A stretch of DNA of 63,965 nt, the filler included, from Octopus bimaculoides (Eukaryota), in assembly GCF_001194135.2 (NCBI RefSeq). It is 6 parts of 5 records of this genome, joined end to end, with 100 filler letters (N's around TTAATTAATTAA, not from the genome) between each part and the next. Parts side by side here need not be neighbours in the genome. Positions count along the whole stretch, not along the records: positions 1 to 17,947 come from NC_068981.1; 5 more parts are not named here. One strand, 5' to 3'. This document shows, piece by piece, positions 1 through 11,800 of this stretch; the stretch's first letter is position 1, and each line of letters starts with the position of its first letter. The position numbers and the translations under genes are program-made. The notes beneath the pieces were generated by a model. It saw only the letters and a program-made list of their open reading frames with translations. It was not told the DNA's origin and did not search any database.

Positions 1-1544
1 GAGCCGATAGTTTGTTATAAATAGCTTTAACTCAGCGGCAAAATTGGTCTCGGTTCAGTTCTCTTTGAGATCTGTTCCGTGTACCACACGACAACAGCAG
101 CAGCAGTTCCAGCGACACATCAACAGCTTCGTCTAACGACTCCGCCACATCAGCAACACGATTCTACGATTACTACTAACCAGCATCAATCTCCACCAGA
201 GTCAACACGACTTTCTATGTACACGAATCCAAACCACCGCGGCACATCTCTTTCTTCGATTCTGTTTGGTGACTCAGCTTCACCACGATAAATAAACAGA
301 CAAGAATTACAGCCTGCGATAAACGTCTGTCCTCAAGATTCCGGCCTGGCATGGAAACCCACACACAACTAGTGATCAGCACTGCCACACATACGCCTCA
401 ACTTCTTTCTCATACAGACTCTTCCTATCGTGTACTCAAGAACTGATATAAATGCTCACGTGTTACTGACTCTTTCTATCTGCTGTAATATCTTACATAC
501 ACATACATGTATCACTCACATACACTCTTTTCTTTGTATGACGGCCTATCTTTTATTATGTTTTTATATGTCGCATTCCCACTCACACACAGACATACAT
601 CTTTAACGCCATAATAAATATCTCTGTTATTCATTTCATACGGTTGCCTTCTATCGTCTCTTCATTCCTGGTATTTACGAATTCACTAATGTTATCGTAG
701 TATAACATTATTTGTATATCATCATTGGTATAATTATTTTGTGTTCGACCGTGTGACGTGTTTTAAATAAAAGGAGTCCTCTGTTTTTCCATTCGTCACC
801 ATTTTTCCTTTNNNNNNNNNNNNNNNNNNNNNNNNNNNNNNNNNNNNNNNNNNNNNNNNNNNNNNNNNNNNNNNNNNNNNNNNNNNNNNNNNNNNNNNNN
901 NNNNNNNNNNNATATATACATATATATATATATATATATGCACACCTGTGTGCGTGCATGCAGAAGTACATGCATTCGTGCATGCATACATGCATGGATA
1001 CCTACCTACATACATAGACACACAGAAACATAGATTCGTGTGTGTGTGTGTGTGTGAAGGTGTGCGTTAGAATGTTGTACTCACGTGCGCTAGATCATAA
1101 TTTCGATTCTCGAACCAGGCAGTGCATTTTTCTTGAGCAAAACGCTTCATTTCACCTTGTTCTACGATCTTTTCGACATCTGACGTGTAGCACATCGTGC
1201 ATCTGTACAGCCATTGTTGACTTGATGTATGGAGTGTATTGTACAGCACAAACATTTGATCACATAAAACAAATCGTTTGTGCCTGATGTTCAGCAACAA
1301 GTTGCGGAACCCTCATCTGTCGTTTATGACAGCAGAATCCACTGTATACATATGTGTATGTATGAGAGATGGGGGGAGGGGGGAAAGAGAACAGGCTTCT
1401 GCTTAATTTCCATGTACCAAATTATTTCTGCATGAAGCAAATGCCTATCTGAGGCTGTGGTAAAATACCCCTGTTTCCACGCGGCAGCTTCGAATCCAGA
1501 TCTGTGAAATTGCGAAGCAAACTTCATAATACTAAAGACAATAG

Positions 1545-1645
1545 TCTTCCAAAGAATAAGTCCTGGGGTCGATTTGCTCGACTAAAGGCGGTGCTCCAGC
1601 ATGGTCACAGTCAAATGACTGAAACAAGTTAAAGAGTAAAGAGTA
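1545..1645 (+). mobile_element. SINE family B, 3' fragment
   Basis: gaataagtcctggggtcgatttgctcgactaaaggcggtgctccagcatgg, which recurs at 5290-5485, 20865-21060, 33225-33420 and 62130-62300. Confidence 0.75.
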
Positions 1646-1659
1646 TACATACATACATA

Positions 1660-2695
1660 CATACAGGATATGTTAGTTTTAGTTTTTGAGGTCATTTGTA
1701 TGAATTTAGAAAAAGACGCATAGCTCATCAAAGAAAAGCTGTATTTGAAAAATTGATACAAATAATTTTGAGAAACCTTTTCTCACACCTAAATAAATTA
1801 GCATCAATGGCTTCTTCAATACGGGGTTGGAAGTGTTACATGTCTGAATCAGATGATCTTTATCAATTCAGAACATAGTGCTAGCCATAGCAGACTTGAG
1901 AGTTTGTATGATGTTATGGAGGTGTTGATAGATTCCCTCTCGACTATGCCCCATACGTAATAATCCAATGGATTGAGGTCTGGTGAGCTAGAAGGTCATG
2001 TGTCTGGGAGAACATGATCATGGAGATGAGCATGCATCCACGTTTGGGTAGTTGCAGCCTCATGAGACGGCGTAGAGTTTTGCTGGAAGACGTACTCTGT
2101 CTGTCCAAGGCCTCACAACTTTCTCCAACACCTCTGTGTAGACAGCCGCTTTTACTCTTAAGTTCTGTGAAAAAAAAAGTGAGGAAGCATGACATCTCCC
2201 TTGTTGCAGACGACAGCCAGAACCATCACAGTTGCTGGGAACTGAGTATTCGTTTGAATTTCATTTGTGTCTCTGCACAACCACCAGTCCAATTTGTACA
2301 GGATTTCCTCACACACGACTCTTCTGATGGTGCATTCTGAAACCTTGGGGCTCTTTGCAATGGCTCTGATTGACTTTCCAAGGTTTTAACGATTATTTCT
2401 TGAACTTTTTGTACAAAGTTATGTGTTCTGATGGTATTAGAACCCTGCGCATACATTTTGCATTTATCTGCTGATATTGAATCCTTGTCAGCAACTCCCA
2501 GCACCTTATCTGACAATGAAGAATCAGGCAGCGAACTGTTACTACCCCTATGCTGTGCTTTTAATGCCACACTTACAGCGTCCCTTTTCATTTGCTGAGT
2601 CAACCTGATGTCTAACATCATTTATCTGAAAAAGTAAAAGAAGGAAATTAGAAGAAAGTTAGAGCTCTTGAAAGAGATGCCCTCAAAACATGTAT
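1660..2695 (-). mobile_element. Decayed Tc1/mariner (maT/DD37D-like) DNA transposon with a frameshifted transposase
   Basis: Frame-hopping minus-strand translation gives MKRDAVSVALKAQH, RTHNFVQKVQEII, FPATVMVLAVV, VYTEVLEKVVRPW, YVFQQNS and PSSSPDLNPLDYYVWGIVERE. SPDLNPLD..WG is the mariner/Tc1 catalytic-domain motif. There is a partial inverted repeat (tttttgaggtcat near 1682 vs atgccctcaaaac near 2677). Confidence 0.85.
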
Positions 2696-2949
2696 GTATG
2701 TATGTTGCCACGGAAAATGGCCAGCGACACTCGCTGCGGCAACCATCCCACTTCTCAGGATTCATTTCTCAGATGGGCCACAGCCATCCTGATTGTAAGA
2801 AGGAAATCAGCTATGTGGGGTCCGAGAACACCTGACGTCTTATGAGACTAGGCAAAGAACTTCTAAAAATATATTCCGAGTTTACAGCTGCACCATGTGA
2901 ACCAAGAGTGGCTAAACTGACCAACTTTAATAAAAACGTGGAAGAGAAA

Positions 2950-3330
2950 TACTCTTCATGCTAGCAGAAAGTTATGGATGGGTACATATCTCACTTACTA
3001 GAGAATGCCAACAACATTAACAAGAATAGTGGCCTCTCCAGAACCTGTAATATATACTTCACATCTCATCTAGAAGGCTATGCCTTTGCTATCCAAAGGC
3101 ATATCATAATTACAAATATCTAATGAACGAAAGCAATAAGGATGCTTCTAAAACTTCCACGTTAGCCCGTCACCAGACTTTGGTGCCTGGGAGTGCTTCA
3201 GAATATTCTGCAGGGTTTGTACATCAGGACGAGACGAAAAACGTGTGTGCCAAAAAGGTTGCATGTGCGGGCTTCCGTATTTTCTGGGCATGTAGCTGTC
3301 GAAATGTTGCGCATATAGGCTTTCATGGTC
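2950..3330 (+). mobile_element. Dong/R4-like (REL-endonuclease) non-LTR retrotransposon fragment
   Basis: Translation ...YFTSHLEGYAFAIQ... resembles the segment preceding the CCHC zinc finger in R4/Dong-type ORFs. It is degenerate. Confidence 0.55.
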
Positions 3331-3335
3331 GGCGA

Positions 3336-3748
3336 GGTAATCTTCCAGTTTAGTGAGGTAAAAAACGTAAATAAAAATACAAGGGAAATAACTTAACGTC
3401 TTACNNNNNNNNNNTTCTGTAGCAGGTCGATGGAGGGTGCATCTTGGTGGTGACGAAGGTTGTCGTTAATTTTCTTTGGTTCAGCGACTGTAGATATGAA
3501 GACTGTAGTTCTTTAGTTCGAATCAGCAAAAAATGTAGTGGTATCTAGCATCAGGAGCGTTTGATCCGAGCTCAAAGATGAAAAAAAAATTAGTGTAATA
3601 GGTGTAAAACAACTTGCTGTGAACGAATATGAAGAAAAAAATGCGCGCTCGCGAACGGGTGGGGTGGGGAGAGTACGGATAATACTAGTAAGGCGTTAAG
3701 TTATTTCCCTTGTATTTTTATTTACCTCCCTAAACTGGAAGATTACCC
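3336..3748. mobile_element. MITE-like element with ~60-bp terminal inverted repeats
   Basis: ggtaatcttccagtttag...aagggaaataacttaacgtcttac (3336-3404) is the reverse complement of gtaaggcgttaagttatttcccttg...ctaaactggaagattacc (3688-3747). Confidence 0.65.
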
Positions 3749-4649
3749 TATTTTGGATATATTTCCCATTTCCATAATTTTTTTTTTAGAAATTAGGCAT
3801 CATTTTTTTGGAGAGGTGCGCTTCTAAAGAAGCAACCTTGTTAACACCCACCAGACTTGTTTATTTATTTATTTTTTTGTTCCCGGTGAAGATCTTTATG
3901 ACATGCTAAAAATAACAGCTACAGATCTGGNNNNNNNNNNNNNNNNNNNNNNNNNNNNNNNNNNNNNNNNNNNNNNNNNNNNNNNNNNNNNNNNNNNNNN
4001 NNNNNNNNNNNNNNNNNNNNNNNNNNNNNNNNNNNNNNNNNNNNNNNNNNNNNNNNNNNNNNNNNNNNNNNNNNNNNNNNNNNNNNNNNNNNNNNNNNNN
4101 NNNNNNNNNNNNNNNNNNNNNNNNNNNNNNNNNNNNNNNNNNNNNNNNNNNNNNNNNNNNNNNNNNNNNNNNNNNNNNNNNNNNNNNNNNNNNNNNNNNN
4201 NNNNNNNNNNNNNNNNNNNNNNNNNNNNNNNNNNNNNNNNNNNNNNNNNNNNNNNNNNNNNNNNNNNNNNNNNNNNNNNNNNNNNNNNNNNNNNNNNNNN
4301 NNNNNNNNNNNNNNNNNNNNNNNNNNNNNNNNNNNNNNNNNNNNNNNNNNNNNNNNNNNNNNNNNNNNNNNNNNNNNNNNNNNNNNNNNNNNNNNNNNNN
4401 NNNNNNNNNNNNNNNNNNNNNNNNNNNNNNNNNNNNNNNNNNNNNNNNNNNNNNNNNNNNNNNNNNNNNNNNNNNNNNNNNNNNNNNNNNNNNNNNNNNN
4501 NNNNNNNNNNNNNNNNNNNNNNNNNNNNNNNNNNNNNNNNNNNNNNNNNNNNNNNNNNNNNNNNNNNNNNNNNNNNNNNNNNNNNNNNNNNNNNNNNNNN
4601 NNNNNNNNNNNNNNNNNNNACATATACACACACACACATATATATATAC

Positions 4650-4806
4650 ACGACAAGCTTCTTTCAGTTTCCGTCTACCAAATCCACTCACAAGGCTTTG
4701 GTCGGCCCGAGGCTATAGTAGAAGACACTTGCCCAAGGTGCCACGCAGTGGGACTGAACCCAGAACCAAGTGGTTGGTAAGCAAGCTACTTACCGCACAG
4801 CCACTC
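4650..4806 (-). mobile_element. tRNA-derived SINE family A
   Basis: The reverse complement is gagtggctgtgcggtaagtagcttg...gggttcagtcccactgcgtggcaccttgggcaagtgtcttctactatagcc, with A/B-box-like head. There are many copies in the window. Confidence 0.85.
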
Positions 4807-5289
4807 TTTTTTTTTTCACTTTTAAGTAAATTCCCAGGTAAACGTTTCTAATAGAGAGGCAGAAGACACCAGAAGCAAAAACAAATAATATACACGCACA
4901 GTTAAATATAGAAGTGTAAAGTATAATTTGTTACATAATCTCTACAGAATTAATTCTCCGTTTGAACATTTTAATTACATATATGTGGGTGTGAGTAGTA
5001 GAAATCTACGGATGCACAAACGCACAAAACGGAGAAAGGAAATAAATATGGACGACTTGTTCTGAAACACCCTCGAGTGGGGAACGGTTCTCAAAAATAA
5101 CCTCCAGTTGTTTTCCCCACCAAATTCCTATGTTCTAGGAATGTACATAGTCCAAGGTATATATGTAGAGAATTTTGTGAAAGTTAAGACGAACTGAAGT
5201 GGACGCCGGTGAATTTTCCCTAATTCCCCATCCCCCCTCCTACCCCCCACAAGTTTTGTATATTCGAAATCTACATGATATAACACATT

Positions 5290-5485
5290 CTTTTTACTCT
5301 TTTACTTGTTTCAGTCATTTGACTGCGGCCATGCTGGAGCACCACCTTTAGTCGAGCAAATCGACCCCAGGACTTATTCTTTGGAAGCCTAGTATTTATT
5401 CCATCGGGTTTTTTTTGCCGAACCGCTAAGTTACGGGGACGTAAACACACCAGCATCGGTTGTCAAACGATGTTGGGGAGACAAA
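5290..5485 (-). mobile_element. SINE family B
   Basis: Near-identical to the other family B copies (gactgcggccatgctggagcaccaccttta, aaccgctaagttacggggacgtaaacacacc). Confidence 0.8.
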
Positions 5486-5490
5486 CACAG

Positions 5491-5523
<33 letters not shown>

Positions 5524-6118
5524 CATATATACGACGGGCTTCTTTCAGTTTCCGTTTACCAAATCCTCTCACAAGGCTTTNNNNNNNNNNNNNNNNNNNN
5601 NNNNNNNNNNNNNNNNNNNNNNNNNNNNNNNNNNNNNNNNNNNNNNNNNNNNNNNNNNNNNNNNNNNNNNNNNNNNNNNNNNNNNNNNNNNNNNNNNNNN
5701 NNNNNNNNNNNNNNNNNNNNNNNNNNNNNNNNNNNNNNNNNNNNNNNNNNNNNNNNNNNNNNNNNNNNNNNNNNNNNNNNNNNNNNNNNNNNNNNNNNNN
5801 NNNNNNNNNNNNNNNNNNNNNNNNNNNNNNNNNNNNNNNNNNNNNNNNNNNNNNNNNNNNNNNNNNNNNNNNNNNNNNNNNNNNNNNNNNNNNNNNNNNN
5901 NNNNNNNNNNNNNNNNNNNNNNNNNNNNNNNNNNNNNNNNNNNNNNAAAATATGATTCATACAACTAAAACTCTTTAAGGTGGTGCCTCAGCACGGCCGT
6001 AGTCCAATGACAGAAACAAATAAAAGATTACAAAAGATGCGTGTGCGTGGTGGTGGTGGTGGTGGGGGCTAGTGCATCGGATAATCTGCTTTTTGATATT
6101 TTTGCGATTCTTTACGAA

Positions 6119-6295
6119 GGTACTACTAAAGCAGCACGGTCCCGAACGCGCTAGCTAGTCGTGAGTGGTCGATCCTAACCATATCCCTAACCCGCGTGTG
6201 CAAATGAATACGTGTTTAGGGTTAGGGTTAGGATCGAACACTCACGACTAGCTAGCGCGGACGCGCGTTCGGGACCGTGCTGCTTTGGTAGCACC
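6119..6295. repeat. Foldback/MITE-like palindrome with telomere-type (CCCTAA/TTAGGG) inner repeats
   Basis: The left arm ggtactactaaagcagcacggtcccgaacgcgctagctagtcgtgagtggtcgatcctaacc pairs with the right arm ggttaggatcgaacactcacgactagctagcgc...gttcgggaccgtgctgctttggtagcacc. Confidence 0.85.
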
Positions 6296-6870
6296 CTTTA
6301 GGAACGTATATTTGTTGTTATTTCGTTTTTGGATAGCAAGATTCTTTATGTGAGTTCGTGTGTCGTGTGTTGAAGCATTTTTACCTTTCAAATCATTCTG
6401 TGCGATGAAATAAATTGTCTGTAAAGTAAGTTAATTTTGCTTTTCATCGGGGGGCGAATAATATTGCTGGCCTTGTTGCTAAACGAGAAACAATCGCCTG
6501 TCTTCAAGTTCTTAGTTCAAATTCTCCCGATGTCGGCTTTGTCTTTCGTCCTTTCGGTGTCCATAAATAAGTACCAAAACTTTCGGGATCTTGTGCCTAT
6601 TAAAGGAAGGGTTATTTTTCGTTATGTTATTATTAGAGATTGTGTCATATATAGATAACCTGCTCACTTTCTACACCGTTTAGTAACATGTTAATAAGTT
6701 TTTAATGGTAAAAATGATTTCCACTATGTAATTATGACATGCTTAATAGGTCAGGTCACTGAGTACAACTCCGAAAAACAGATATATAAGTACCTCTAGA
6801 AAACCATATTATATTAATACACATAGTTATGTATAAATAGTTTACATATATCTTAATTATATATATATAT

Positions 6871-6970
6871 GAATAATAATAAATAATAAATGGAGCAAAA
6901 CGCATATAAATAAAAGTTCCTTTAATTCCCTTTATTTATATGCGTTTTGCGCCATTTATTATTATTATTC
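6871..6970. repeat. AT-rich inverted repeat (~40-bp arms)
   Basis: aataaatggagcaaaacgcatataaataaa vs tttatttatatgcgttttgcgccatttatt. Confidence 0.75.
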
Positions 6971-7605
6971 ATATCTTCTCAAAATATATCACTTTAACTT
7001 GGTATCTCTACCTGTAAAACGGCTGTGATATCCTGTTTTTTAGTGTAATTTTGCTACCTCTGGTAACTATTAACATATTTACATTAATCAAAAGTTTTTT
7101 TAATAACTGAGATAATATTAATATATACATAAACTAATATATATATATAATAATAATAATATTAGGGATAAACTCCAAAATTACAGGTAAAAACTCAATT
7201 AAAATCAATTTATTAAAAATTAAAATAAGTTTCACAGTATAAAATATATTAATATAGGGAAAAAACCAAGGTCTATGAACTCATCGATGAAAATCCTGTC
7301 ACATAGAAAAAAATTATAATTAAAAGTACAATTAAAAGTATATATATATATAATACAAAATGGGACAAGAACGCAAAACATCCAGAAAGTTAGGTGATAC
7401 AAGAAAAGGATAACAAAACATCCAGATAGATGATACAAAGAAAACAAGGACAAGTCATTCGGAGTTTTCTTTCTTCAGTCGAGTTCCAGATTATCTTATA
7501 TATATATATATAATCCGTGGAAGAATGAGCTGTTAATTTAAAGCTCTGAATAAGTCTTTTACTTTACAAAAATTCACTGCGCAGACTCAGTATTTTCTTC
7601 ATATG

Positions 7606-7615
7606 CTTCCTTTCT
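7606..7615 (+). promoter_or_regulatory. Candidate 5'TOP/TCT transcription start of TCTP
   Basis: CTTCCTTTCT lies 76 nt upstream of the TCTP ATG. TCTP mRNAs are established TOP mRNAs. Confidence 0.4.
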
Positions 7616-7681
7616 GTTAAATCTCTGTTGTAAGAGGTTGTGTATTTCGTGTCTCTGGACAATCGATTAACATCCGCAATT

Positions 7682-7709
7682 ATGATTATCTATAAGGACA
7701 TTGTTACTG
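7682..7709 (+). CDS. TPT1: TCTP coding exon 1 (MIIYKDIVT-G)
   Basis: MIIYKDIVT matches the TCTP N-terminus (human MIIYRDLIS). The exon is 28 nt and ends at G|gtaaat, phase 1. Confidence 0.92.
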
Positions 7710-7789
7710 GTAAATATAAATATAATATTTTCGGTAAATTTGTATTTCTTGTAACTTTCGGTTAATTTTTCGACTTTATCGTTCTTCAG

Positions 7790-7860
7790 GAGACGAACTG
7801 TTCAGCGATGCATATCCGATGAAAGAATTACATGGTATAGCTTTTGAAGTGGAAGGAAAG
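7790..7860 (+). CDS. TPT1: TCTP coding exon 2 (GDELFSDAYPMKELHGIAFEVEGK)
   Basis: ttcttcag acceptor and AAG|gtactt donor. DELFSD...EVEGK is the diagnostic TCTP sequence, and the phase matches exon 1. Confidence 0.95.
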
Positions 7861-8573
7861 GTACTTTTTTTGGTTTCTTTATTTGAAAAGATTTATTTCA
7901 TTCCTTTCTCCGTATTAACTTTTTAATATTGCGGTGCCTCGCAGAAATTTGATGTAAAGTCAGTGCTCTATCGTGAGAGAGATGATTGAAAAGCATGTGT
8001 CCTACCCATTCTCTTTTGCTTAATTACCACTTAACTCATTCTCTTCAAGTCATTAAACATAGGTTGATACTGTAAACGAAGGAAATTCCATTAACATTTT
8101 CATAGCACTTGTATTACAGCTTATACATTGACTAGTGTTGTCTAAATAAAGCTCCGTCACGTCGATGCGTGTGAATGTGGAGAACCTGTGTGATGGAATT
8201 TTGTACTTACATTTTTGACTATTTTTAGAATTTTGTCTGAGATCAGAATACAAGTAAGCTTTACCTTACATATTCCTTTACGTTTCAGTTACACAAAAGA
8301 AAAGGTTTAGCAATATTGACTTGCAATTCAATATTGTTTTTGATTTCGAACTTTTCATTACAATTTATACGTCATGAGTGTTAGCTAAAAAAATTACTTG
8401 CCAGCCACTTTAGAACCTATGAATGATGTCATCATAGTGATTATCCACAGTAATGGACGACGGAAAAAATATAGTATAATTATATATGTACTAGAATAGC
8501 CGTGCTGGTCAGAGATGTCGAGAGTTAGCAGAGGTAAAGACAATGAACCTCACCCCCTTTGGGATGTTTTTAA

Positions 8574-9360
8574 CAGGGACCCACTATATCGAGTGCGGAG
8601 ATTCTGAATCTGCAAAAAAATCTGCATTTCAAAATTTTAATCCCTCTCCCTGCAATTTGTTAAATTTTCACTTTAAAAAATTTTTTGGCGAAATACGCAG
8701 AAAAATACGGAGATTATGGTTCCGTAAAAAAATTTTTTTGTAAAATTCAAGTTTAAAAAAAAAAGCAAAACAAAACACCCCCTCCCTCCTATGACAAGAA
8801 GTGAAATTAAAGTGTTATCTCTACTGTTTCACGCACGCATAGAATTATAAAATAGCAGATACAAAAAGTATCTAAACAGAAAACTTGACATGCTAGAAAC
8901 AAGTTTTCAAATTTTTTATACGAATTACCAAAGAAAAATTTCGAAATTTAAATTCGCCCAATCAGGAAATCTGATAAGCTAGAAACAACAGCCAAACTGA
9001 GGATCAACTTCCTAAATACGAATTACGAAAGTGAAAAATATTTGAAATGTCACTTTGTTGCGTGTGTGTGAGCAAAAAATCTAATTTTTACATTCTTCCC
9101 TTAATTCCAAAAGACCCTGACCACAACAAGTTGGGTTATGTTCGTAATAGGGTCAAGGGTGTCTATTTTTTTTTTGAAAAATTGAAATTTTACAGAATTT
9201 TCTTTTTCATGATCTTAATCTCCGTATTTTTCTATGTATTTTGCCAAAAAAAAACTTTTTTTGAAAGTGTAAATTTAGGGGGGAGGAACGGGATTTAAAT
9301 TTTGAAATGTAGATTTTTTTGCAGATTCGGAATCTCCGCACTCGATATAGTAGGTTCCTG
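8574..9360. mobile_element. Non-autonomous DNA transposon with ~140-bp terminal inverted repeats
   Basis: cagggacccactatatcgagtgcggagattctgaatctgcaaaaaaatc...aaaaatacggagatta mirrors taatctccgtattttt...gcagattcggaatctccgcactcgatatagtaggttcctg. Confidence 0.85.
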
Positions 9361-10539
9361 TAAAAAAAAAAAAACGAGTGTTATTAATGATAGTCGCATC
9401 AAAACAATGACAGAAGCCATTGATAAATGTCGGCAATAGAGTAAATATATGAACATAAACATTATTGAAATGTGAACTGTCTGATACCGTCCACGTAATT
9501 ACATATGTGGGGGCTAATGCAGTTTCGCACCTCTCCTTGAAAAGTATTTTTTTTCTGAAAATTCCTACGTCTTAGATGTCGGAGATTACGAGGGGCTAAT
9601 GCATTGTTTCTTGCTAACTGCCATAGTTTTCATCTTTTTTATGTTATTTCCATTCCATATGGTTCTCCGTTTTTATTGACTGCATTGGCTAATTGCTATA
9701 ACTCAATCGTAGTCTTAATACAGTATCAACCTCTTCACTCGCAATACCCAATTTGTTTATAGAAGTATGATTGTTAATTATGCTTGTAGGCTTTCTTCGC
9801 CATTAAAGTTTAAGCAGGAGTTTCTATTAAATCTTAATATACTAATATATATTTGATGAGAAACTTCTGCCTCTGGACACACAAGTCTATTTTTGTAATT
9901 CCCTTGATCGTTCAGTTATCGTGTGTATATTATATCTAAGGTCGTTGGATGTTTTTTGCCTTTACAGTTTAGTTACATAATGGCTTATGTAGCTGAATTA
10001 TTTTTGTATGTCCATGCGCTTCGATATAAAACAGGAATTATCTAGCAGCCAACTCTGTAAATTACATCTTGCTTTTTAACTTAAAGAAACACATTGAATA
10101 ATGTAATATATTATTGGGGTAGAAAATAAAGAAAAATTAAAACATTGGATAGTTACAAAATCAGTGACATGGCCGTACTATTTGAATGACATGTTCAATC
10201 CGTTTTCCATACTTCTTCGCAGTTTCCCTCACAAAGTGTGGGTCAACTCGAAGCTATAAAATAAAAAAAAGACATTTGCCGTAAATACTACGCATTGAAA
10301 TCGAACCTGGGGACCTCCAGTTTCGAAGCAAACTATCATGACGCGCCTGCGACACAGAGTAGAGAAACTTGCCGGATATGGATGTGTTCTAAGGACCTTG
10401 ACCTCCAATGCAAAACGGAAATGACGTATCAACCTAAGCCGGAATCCGTGAATTCTAAATCTCTTGGTATGCATTCAATCAGAAAACGAATGTATGAACT
10501 AAATTTAATCACTTAGCAGTGCGTTGAATTTTTTTACTT

Positions 10540-11800
10540 AGTACGGCTCATATGGCAGAGATATAAACGGAACCCGGAAAGACCTCATCGCCCCCCATTT
10601 TTTTCACCAAAATCCTCCGTTTTCATATACGGAGATTCCGGAAAATTGCAAAAAAATCGGCATTTTGGAATTTACGTTCGCCCTCCAATTTATTCATTTT
10701 TCATTTTTTCCGTAACCGCAAGTACAAGAATTTTTGGAAACTTTTTTTCAGAATCATAATCTCCGTATTTTTCCGCATATTTTGGAAAAAAGTTTTTAAA
10801 TGGTGGTGGTAGGGGGGTGATTTCAAAATGCCGATTTTTGCAGATTCGTTTTCTCCGTAGCCGAAAACGGGTTTGTGTAGAAAAAAAATTAAAGTAAAAA
10901 AAAAAAAAAAGGGTGTTTTGGGAAGGGTACAAAAGGAAGTCTTGCTCGGNNNNNNNNNNNNNNNNNNNNNNNNNNNNNNNNNNNNNNNNNNNNNNNNNNN
11001 NNNNNNNNNNNNNNNNNNNNNNNNNNNNNNNNNNNNNNNNNNNNNNNNNNNNNNNNNNNNNNNNNNNNNNNNNNNNNNNNNNNNNNNNNNNNNNNNNNNN
11101 NNNNNNNNNNNNNNNNNNNNNNNNNNNNNNNNNNNNNNNNNNNNNNNNNNNNNNNNNNNNNNNNNNNNNNNNNNNNNNNNNNNNNNNNNNNNNNNNNNNN
11201 NNNNNNNNNNNNNNNNNNNNNNNNNNNNNNNNNNNNNNNNNNNNNNNNNNNNNNNNNNNNNNNNNNNNNNNNNNNNNNNNNNNNNNNNNNNNNNNNNNNN
11301 NNNNNNNNNNNNNNNNNNNNNNNNNNNNNNNNNNNNNNNNNNNNNNNNNNNNNNNNNNNNNNNNNNNNNNNNNNNNNNNNNNNNNNNNNNNNNNNNNNNN
11401 NNNNNNNNNNNNNNNNNNNNNNNNNNNNNNNNNNNNNNNNNNNNNNNNNNNNNNNNNNNNNNNNNNNNNNNNNNNNNNNNNNNNNNNNNNNNNNNNNNNN
11501 NNNNNNNNNNNNNNNNNNNNNNNNNNNNNNNNNNNNNNNNNNNNNNNNNNNNNNNNNNNNNNNNNNNNNNNNNNNNNNNNNNNNNNNNNNNNNNNNNNNN
11601 NNNNNNNNNNNNNNNNNNNNNNNNNNNNNNNNNNNNNNNNNNNCCTTCAGAATCATTATCTCTATATTTTTGTATTTTGCAAAAATTTCTGGAAAAAATG
11701 AAGAAATGGAGGTGGGTTGGAATTTTGAGGCTGCAATTTTTGGAAAAAAAATTTCAGAATAGGAATCTCCATAGATTAAAATGTTGGATCCCTTAAAAGA
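10540..11800. mobile_element. Further decayed copies related to the 8574-9360 TIR family (interrupted by an N gap)
   Basis: Shares the motifs atctccgtattttt, tacggagatt, gattttt-gcagattcg and aggaatctcc. Confidence 0.55.

Noticed and set aside
7445-7490. Hammerhead-like CTGAAGA...ctccGAA...GTC on the minus strand
   Set aside because: Stem I does not form, stem II is broken and GAAA is incomplete.
8053-8253. Minus-strand ORF containing IDVTELYLDN (LRR-like)
   Set aside because: It is a single short motif inside a TCTP intron with no supporting exon structure or further LRRs.
10290-10362. tRNA-like sequence with a GGTTCGATTTC B-box on the minus strand
   Set aside because: No complete cloverleaf is evident. 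It is at best a decayed SINE head or tRNA pseudogene.
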